Positions 58,158 to 64,000 of a stretch of DNA of 64,000 nucleotides are shown in pieces (the first letter of the stretch is position 1; every line of letters starts with the position of its first letter). Made by a program: the position numbers and the translations under genes. Source of the DNA: Candidatus Poribacteria bacterium (GTDB taxonomy: Bacteria > Poribacteria > WGA-4E > WGA-3G); NCBI GenBank assembly GCA_965237835.1, contig OZ250160.1, forward strand, positions 2,675,397 to 2,739,396, in the 5' to 3' direction. The notes under the pieces were generated by a model. The model was given only the letters and a program-made list of their open reading frames with translations, was not told the DNA's origin and ran no database searches.

Positions 58158-59948
58158 ATGAAAATACAACCGAAACTTACGCATATTCAGACTCAACAAC
58201 AAAAAATAGTCATGACGCCTAAGTTGCAACAAGCAATAAAGGTGCTTATGATGCCCCAACTTGAGTTAAAGCAGTTTATTGAACAGGAGTTAAACCAAAA
58301 TCCGCTTTTAGAGTTTCAGGAAGAGCCTGAAACTGCTCTGACTATGGATGAATATGATCCAGCATCCGAATGGAACAAACCTGAGGAGAATATTGATAGA
58401 GAGGATACTTCTGTTGATATTGACTGGCATTCCGTGTTGGATGACATGCGGGTACCTGTTACAAAAGTTAATGAACAGTATAATGATCACGATGCCCCCG
58501 AACCAGACGTGGCTGAAGCACAATCTCTACAGAGTTATCTATACCAGCAGCTCCAATTAGCACCTTTCACAGAGAAAGAACGTGCCATCGGGGAATTAAT
58601 TATTGGGAATTTGAACGATGATGGGCAACTACAGTTGAAACTGTTTTCCCTTCCAATTGAATTTGCTGCCGACTTTGAAAATGGGAGTTTATCAGAAGAA
58701 TTACTGACGATATTATCCAAGAATCTTGGTAATCAAAATAACATTAGTTCAAAAAAAGAAGTTAAAGAACAAAGTTTTGAAATCAGACCGTTAGACACAA
58801 CTACTAAAAGTTCCGAGAATGAAAGAAAATCCAAGAGTTGGCAAATCATTGATACTACTAACAATAAGACATATACGGTCAAACATGAAGGGAATGAACT
58901 CATTCTCTATCAACTCACATTAGAAGAAATCGCGTTAAAGGTAGGTTGTTCTGTTTCAGAAGTTGAGAAGGTTCTAACCACTATTCAGGAAACATTTGAA
59001 CCGATCGGCATCGCTTATAGAGACCTAAAAGAGACCCTTAGTATACAGATTCGGAATCAGGAGACACAACATCTAAAGCAAAATGGTCAGCCATCTTATG
59101 GTAATGAAGTTCCTTTTTGGTTAGTTAAACGAATTGTTGAAGATCATTTAGATGACCTATTCAACAGTAGAATTTCGACTATTTCGCAATATCTTGAAGT
59201 TGAGAGAGACGAGATTCTAAAGGCTTCACAATGGATCGGCACACTATCACCGTATCCCGGTCGTTACTTTTCTGATCCAGCAGTTAAAGATTTGGTCAAA
59301 TCACCAGAAACTGTTCAGGGAATCATGCCGGATGTTCAAATTGTGGAAATTGATGGAGACTACCAGATTTTTCCGATGGACGATTATATTCCGCGTTTAC
59401 GTATGAATCCTTACTACATCAATCTAATGCGTAATGATAGTAAGGTATTGGATTCTGAGGCAAAAAAATGGATACAAAAAAAGTATAACGATGCATCGGA
59501 TCTGCTCAGCAGTGTAGCACAACGAGGACGCACAATTGAACGGGTAACTAAAGCAATTTTTAAAGTTCAATCTGATTTCTTAACGGATGGTCCGCAAAGT
59601 ATTAAACCATTGACTCTGAAAACTATTGCTGATATGGCTGGTGTTCATGAATCAACTGTGAGTCGCGTCACAAGTAAAAAATATGTGCAAACACCGAACG
59701 GTACTTACCCGTTGAAGTTCTTTTTTAGTAACCAATTGGCAACAACACAAGGCAATTCGGTGTCTGCTGAACACGTCAAAGCTGAAGTTAGAGATTTGAT
59801 AAGTAAAGAGGATCCAGCGAAACCTCTTAGCGATCAAGCGGTTAGTTCATCCTTAAAAAAACGTGGTATTGTTGTTGCAAGACGGACTGTTCAAAAATAT
59901 CGTGAAGAACTCGGCATCCTATCTTCCCGTCAAAGAAAAAATCGTTAA
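58158..59948 (+). CDS. rpoN: RNA polymerase sigma-54 factor RpoN (with an insertion of about 100 aa)
   Basis: Region I MKIQPKLTHIQTQQQKIVMTPKLQQAIKVLMMPQLELKQ. The C-terminal HTH and RpoN box ARRTVQKYRE are present. GGAG lies 9 nt upstream of the ATG at 58158; the track ORF begins with TTG at 58143. Confidence 0.9.
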   Translation: MKIQPKLTHIQTQQQKIVMTPKLQQAIKVLMMPQLELKQFIEQELNQNPLLEFQEEPETALTMDEYDPASEWNKPEENIDREDTSVDIDWHSVLDDMRVPVTKVNEQYNDHDAPEPDVAEAQSLQSYLYQQLQLAPFTEKERAIGELIIGNLNDDGQLQLKLFSLPIEFAADFENGSLSEELLTILSKNLGNQNNISSKKEVKEQSFEIRPLDTTTKSSENERKSKSWQIIDTTNNKTYTVKHEGNELILYQLTLEEIALKVGCSVSEVEKVLTTIQETFEPIGIAYRDLKETLSIQIRNQETQHLKQNGQPSYGNEVPFWLVKRIVEDHLDDLFNSRISTISQYLEVERDEILKASQWIGTLSPYPGRYFSDPAVKDLVKSPETVQGIMPDVQIVEIDGDYQIFPMDDYIPRLRMNPYYINLMRNDSKVLDSEAKKWIQKKYNDASDLLSSVAQRGRTIERVTKAIFKVQSDFLTDGPQSIKPLTLKTIADMAGVHESTVSRVTSKKYVQTPNGTYPLKFFFSNQLATTQGNSVSAEHVKAEVRDLISKEDPAKPLSDQAVSSSLKKRGIVVARRTVQKYREELGILSSRQRKNR

Positions 59949-60194
59949 ATATAACATGAGGTAGACTAATACATTTATTGTTTCTTTCGTAGAAATGCTG
60001 AAATTTTCAGATTACGATTGCCCCTGAATACTCTGAAAAATTAAAAATCAAATCGGATAGAATTTACGTTTAATATAGACAAACTATTTATTTTAGTATT
60101 TTACCTCGGAAGAAATTATTATTTATTGCTTGTGATTCCAATATAATCTGTCAGAGTTTTTTGTTTCAAACTTTACATATTTTGCGGGAGGAAC

Positions 60195-60755
60195 ATGATG
60201 AAAATTACCTATTCTGGACAACAAATTAAAATTACTGACGATATACACGATTATATCCTAAAACGTGCAGAGAAGATTGAATCTCGTTTCGGAGAGATGC
60301 AAGAATTTAATGTTATTCTTAAATCAGAAAAACATCGTTTCGAAGCAGAGATAAGGGTCACAGCACCTCGGGTATCATTTTACGCAAAAAACGAAACCCA
60401 TGAACTAATTACTGCATTGGACGGTGCAACGGACAAAGTTATCAGTCAAATTCGTCGATACAAAGAACGTGTAAAGGATAGACGTCATAATGCCCCGCAT
60501 CGTGAAGTAGTAGCACAATTGAATCCGGAAGCAGCAGATACTATCTCAGACGTTGACTCACATGATGACCTAGTCATCGTTCCAGCTGCTGAGAAGTTTG
60601 CCGTAAAACCGCTTACTGTGAGTGAAGCTGCTACTGAACTTCATACCTCCGGCGAAACGCTATTGATGTTTTTAAACTCTGAAACGCGGCAGGTGAACCT
60701 ACTTTATCAATCCGATGATGGTGCTTATGGTTGGGTAGAACCATCCTTTATGTAA
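60195..60755 (+). CDS. hpf: Ribosome hibernation promoting factor (long HPF)
   Basis: 186 aa. The N-terminal S30AE/YfiA fold (MKITYSGQQIKITDDIHDYILKRAEKIE) is followed by a C-terminal dimerisation domain. It sits immediately after rpoN, as in many bacteria. Confidence 0.85.
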   Translation: MMKITYSGQQIKITDDIHDYILKRAEKIESRFGEMQEFNVILKSEKHRFEAEIRVTAPRVSFYAKNETHELITALDGATDKVISQIRRYKERVKDRRHNAPHREVVAQLNPEAADTISDVDSHDDLVIVPAAEKFAVKPLTVSEAATELHTSGETLLMFLNSETRQVNLLYQSDDGAYGWVEPSFM

Positions 60756-60994
60756 CACTCTAAACATAACCCATGTTAACACCTATTTCGCGAGTCCTCT
60801 TGTAGGAGGGGTTTCTAACCCCGATTTACAGTAATATCGTAGGTTGAGTTAAGTTTGCGAAACCTAACCTGTTATACCTATACCCTGACAATGGTTATTA
60901 TGTTGGGTTTCGTATTCGTTCAGTTTCACCTACGATCACACTTTAATCCGTATATTGAACTCACGTTATATTAGGTCTCCTTTCAGGTAAGAAT

Positions 60995-63652
60995 ATGACA
61001 AGTCTCCCAAAGATTTACGACCCTCAAGATATCGAGGGTAAATGGTACCAATTTTGGCAAAGTAACGGACTCTTTCACGCCGAAGCAACTTCTGACAAAC
61101 CTTCCTATGCAATTGTGATCCCACCACCGAACATTACTGGTAGCTTACATATTGGACATGCACTTGACAATACGCTTCAAGATTGCCTTATCCGATGGCA
61201 TCGCATGCAAGGTTATAACGTACTCTGGATGCCCGGCACAGATCACGCTGGTATTGTAACTGAGCTTATAATGGAGCGAAAACTTGCTGAAGAAGGCACA
61301 AGCAGAAATGCTCTTGGTCGTGAAAAGTTTATTGAACGCATGTGGCAGTGGAAAGCAGAATCCGCTGGTTATATCGTCTCCCAACTTCAACAACTCGGAT
61401 GTTCCTGCGATTGGGAACGTGAGCGGTTTACACTTGATGAAGGGTTGTCAGAGGCGGTTCGCACTGCATTTGTAAAACTCTACAATCAGGGGCTTATCTA
61501 TCGTGATACATATATGGTGAATTGGTGTCCACAGTGTAATACTGCAGTGAGTAACCTTGAAGTGGAACCGGTTGAACTTGATGGCAATTTCTACCATATC
61601 AACTATCCTGTTATAGATAGTGATGTTGTGCTTGAAATCGCAACCACTCGTCCTGAAACAATGTTAGGTGATACAGCGGTCGCTGTCCATCCAGATGATG
61701 AACGTTATCAACATCTGATTGGAAAAAAAGTGCTACTCCCTCTTTGCGACAGAGAGATTCCAATAATTGCTGATGAATATGTGGATACGGAATTTGGTAC
61801 TGGTGCCTTGAAAGTTACCCCTGCCCACGATGTCAATGATTATGAAATCGGTTTGAGACATAACCTTGAGCAACGTAACATTTTCACATCAGATGGACAC
61901 ATGAATGAGGATGCAGGTGAGAAATACATCGGCTTAACCCGTTGGGACTGTCGAAAAAAGGTTATTGAAGACTTGGAGAAAGGTGACTTTCTCGTCAAAA
62001 TTGTCCCACATAGACATGCTGTCGGACATCATGACAGGTGCGACACAATAGTTGAACCTGCAATATCATTGCAATGGTTTATGAATGTTCGTCCGCTTGC
62101 AGAACGTGCTATAGAGGCGACTAAAAAAGGTGAAGTTTCATTTATCCCTGAACGCGAAACTGCCCGCTTTTTTCATTGGATGGAGAATATTGAACCGTGG
62201 CCAATTTCACGCCAAAGATGGTGGGGACATCGCCTCCCAATATGGTACTGTAATGCCTGTGAAAAAGTTACTGCTGCGATGGACACACCGGAAAAGTGTG
62301 AGTGTGGAGCAACCGACTTTCGTCAAGAAGAAGATGTTTTAGATACATGGTTCAGTTCAGGTTTGTGGCCCTTTTCAACAATGGGTTGGCCCAAAGAAAC
62401 AGATGAGTTGAAAACCTTTTATCCCACATCTGTGCTTGTCACAGGGTGGGACATTCTGTTCTTTTGGGTTGCAAGAATGATTATGTTAGGGTTAGGATGT
62501 ATGGATGAGGTGCCATTCCGTACTGTCTACCTTCACGGTCTTGTTGCGGATGAGAAGGGACAAAAGATGAGTAAATCGAAAGGAAATAGCATTGATCCAT
62601 TGGAGACAATTGCTACCTACGGCACAGATGCCTTCAGGTTTTCGCTGGCAAATGCAAGCACGCCTAACCCTTATGTCCCACTCCCAGAGTCACAGATTGA
62701 GTCGGGTAGAAGGTTTGCAAACAAGGTATGGAATGCTGCCAGATTTATTCTAATGAATTTGGAAAAGTATCCCATTCCTACAAGAGAGCAGGAAGAGGAA
62801 AAACAGAAACCTTTAGAGGTACAATGGATTCAGAGCCGTCTGAGCCACACGATAAGAACTGCTACAGATGCACTGGAAAACTTCCGTTTCCACGAAGTAG
62901 CACAAACGCTATATGCTTTTCTCTGGCATGAATTTTGTGATTGGTATTTAGAATTCGCTAAACAACGTCTCACTAAAGGTGAACCGCAGGCGTTATGGGT
63001 TGCAGCAGATGTCTTGGAACAGATGATGCGGCTACTACATCCACTTATGCCTTTTTTAACTGAGGAGATTTGGCAGCAACTCCCGCACGGTGGTAATAAT
63101 ACGTTTGCTGATGACAATGCATCAGTGACTGTAGCACCTTGGCCAAAACCTACAACAGAAAATCCAACGGCAGAAACCACGATGGTAAATGTCATGGAAG
63201 TTATAGATAATATAAGAAGTATTCGTGGAGAGTTAAATGTTCCAATAGGAGCAAATGTAGACATACACATTCAATCACCAAATGCTGAAGTTCGGAATCG
63301 GCTTGAAACATATCTTGAACAGTATTTACCAGCATTTACAAGAGTGGATGCAATCATCATTGCTGAATCTTTACCGAAGCCTACTGCCTCAGCAGAAGCG
63401 GTTATTGGAGAACTCGCAATCTATATTCCACTGGAAGGTGTCATTGATCTTGAAGCGGAACAAGCACGGCTAACGAAACGTCATCAACAGACAGTAAAAG
63501 ACGTAGCAGCGGCACAGAAAACATTAGATAATCCGAATTTTATTGAACGTGCTCCTGAAAATGTAGTTGCTCAAAAACGGGAACTACTTGAAAGGCTGTT
63601 GATTGAACAGGAGAAGTTAGAACGGAGTCTTACGATGCTCACACCTACGTAA
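60995..63652 (+). CDS. valS: Valine--tRNA ligase ValS
   Basis: HIGH motif PPPNITGSLHIGHA, KMSKS motif, editing domain and C-terminal coiled coil are all present. 885 aa. Confidence 0.95.
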   Translation: MTSLPKIYDPQDIEGKWYQFWQSNGLFHAEATSDKPSYAIVIPPPNITGSLHIGHALDNTLQDCLIRWHRMQGYNVLWMPGTDHAGIVTELIMERKLAEEGTSRNALGREKFIERMWQWKAESAGYIVSQLQQLGCSCDWERERFTLDEGLSEAVRTAFVKLYNQGLIYRDTYMVNWCPQCNTAVSNLEVEPVELDGNFYHINYPVIDSDVVLEIATTRPETMLGDTAVAVHPDDERYQHLIGKKVLLPLCDREIPIIADEYVDTEFGTGALKVTPAHDVNDYEIGLRHNLEQRNIFTSDGHMNEDAGEKYIGLTRWDCRKKVIEDLEKGDFLVKIVPHRHAVGHHDRCDTIVEPAISLQWFMNVRPLAERAIEATKKGEVSFIPERETARFFHWMENIEPWPISRQRWWGHRLPIWYCNACEKVTAAMDTPEKCECGATDFRQEEDVLDTWFSSGLWPFSTMGWPKETDELKTFYPTSVLVTGWDILFFWVARMIMLGLGCMDEVPFRTVYLHGLVADEKGQKMSKSKGNSIDPLETIATYGTDAFRFSLANASTPNPYVPLPESQIESGRRFANKVWNAARFILMNLEKYPIPTREQEEEKQKPLEVQWIQSRLSHTIRTATDALENFRFHEVAQTLYAFLWHEFCDWYLEFAKQRLTKGEPQALWVAADVLEQMMRLLHPLMPFLTEEIWQQLPHGGNNTFADDNASVTVAPWPKPTTENPTAETTMVNVMEVIDNIRSIRGELNVPIGANVDIHIQSPNAEVRNRLETYLEQYLPAFTRVDAIIIAESLPKPTASAEAVIGELAIYIPLEGVIDLEAEQARLTKRHQQTVKDVAAAQKTLDNPNFIERAPENVVAQKRELLERLLIEQEKLERSLTMLTPT

Positions 63653-63660
63653 AAAATCAC

Positions 63661-63740
63661 TTGTAGGGCGAGGTCCCGTGCCTCGCCATTCCTGGTAAAA
63701 ATAAATCACTTGTAGGGCGAGGTCCCCGTGCCTCGCCATT
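63661..63740 (+). terminator. Two tandem copies of the family-2 core hairpin (GGCGAGGTCCCGTGCCTCGCC) downstream of valS; likely terminator
   Basis: TTGTAGGGCGAGGTCCCGTGCCTCGCCATTCC occurs twice, about 38 bp apart. Each copy forms a 7-bp G/C-rich stem. A family-1 variant hairpin follows at 63770-63800. Confidence 0.5.
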
Positions 63741-63854
63741 CCTTCAACAAAAACAAGAGTAAATTCGGTAGGTTCGGTTTTCCAACCGAACCGGACTTAT
63801 CTCAGGAACGGGTAATTAACTTTTAGTTTAGCACAAACGACATTTAGGATAAAT

Positions 63855-64000
63855 ATGGTAATAGAAAATAACAACCGATGTTTTGTTTGCGGTAAGAAAA
63901 ATCCGTATGGCTTGCAAGTCAACCCGGAAATCAAAGATGCGGGGGCAGAAGTCTACATAGAATGTACACCACCTGATCACATGCAAGGGTGGGCAAACAT
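63855..64000 (+). CDS. Partial (5' end) hotdog-fold thioesterase-like ORF
   Basis: MVIENNNRCFVCGKKNPYGLQVNPEI... resembles the N-terminus of PaaI/4HBT-type thioesterases. It is truncated by the window edge. Confidence 0.4.
   Translation, partial: MVIENNNRCFVCGKKNPYGLQVNPEIKDAGAEVYIECTPPDHMQGWAN

Overview
64-kb chromosomal window from a Gram-negative (LPS-exporting) bacterium with moderate GC; I cannot name the organism. There are roughly 45 protein-coding genes, mostly housekeeping. Four things stand out. (i) A selenocysteine-decoding cluster: selA lies divergent to a lepA-lepB-selB-tRNA(Sec)-lipA string. The selB start overlaps the lepB stop, and a 94-nt tRNA-Sec (anticodon UCA, 8/5 acceptor/T structure) sits 28 nt downstream of selB. 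(ii) Nearly every intergenic region carries small dispersed palindromic/MITE-like repeats. I count at least four families, one of which disrupts a WD40-repeat gene, and one whose terminal inverted repeats carry outward-facing TGnTATAAT-like boxes abutting start codons. There is also a decayed IS605-family tnpB remnant. (iii) An accessory-looking segment runs from about 24.4 to 33.9 kb. It holds the tnpB remnant, a lipoprotein built of Gln/Thr-rich tandem repeats, a roughly 600-bp block that is about 75% A+T, an orphan 1139-aa protein with a C-terminal tandem winged-helix, and an apparently unusual fusion of a GalK-like GHMP sugar kinase to a GalU-like UDP-sugar pyrophosphorylase. (iv) A decayed AAA-ATPase plus truncated TOPRIM-like two-gene module. 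Other content includes metH, an AddA-like helicase-nuclease, a FGE-sulfatase family lipoprotein, a giant propeller-sensor PP2C phosphatase, lpxL-lptC-lptA-lptB-rpoN-hpf, and valS. rpoN carries an insertion of about 100 aa, and lptA has an acidic tandem-repeat tail. All calls rest on reading the sequence and the ORF translations only; no database searches were run.
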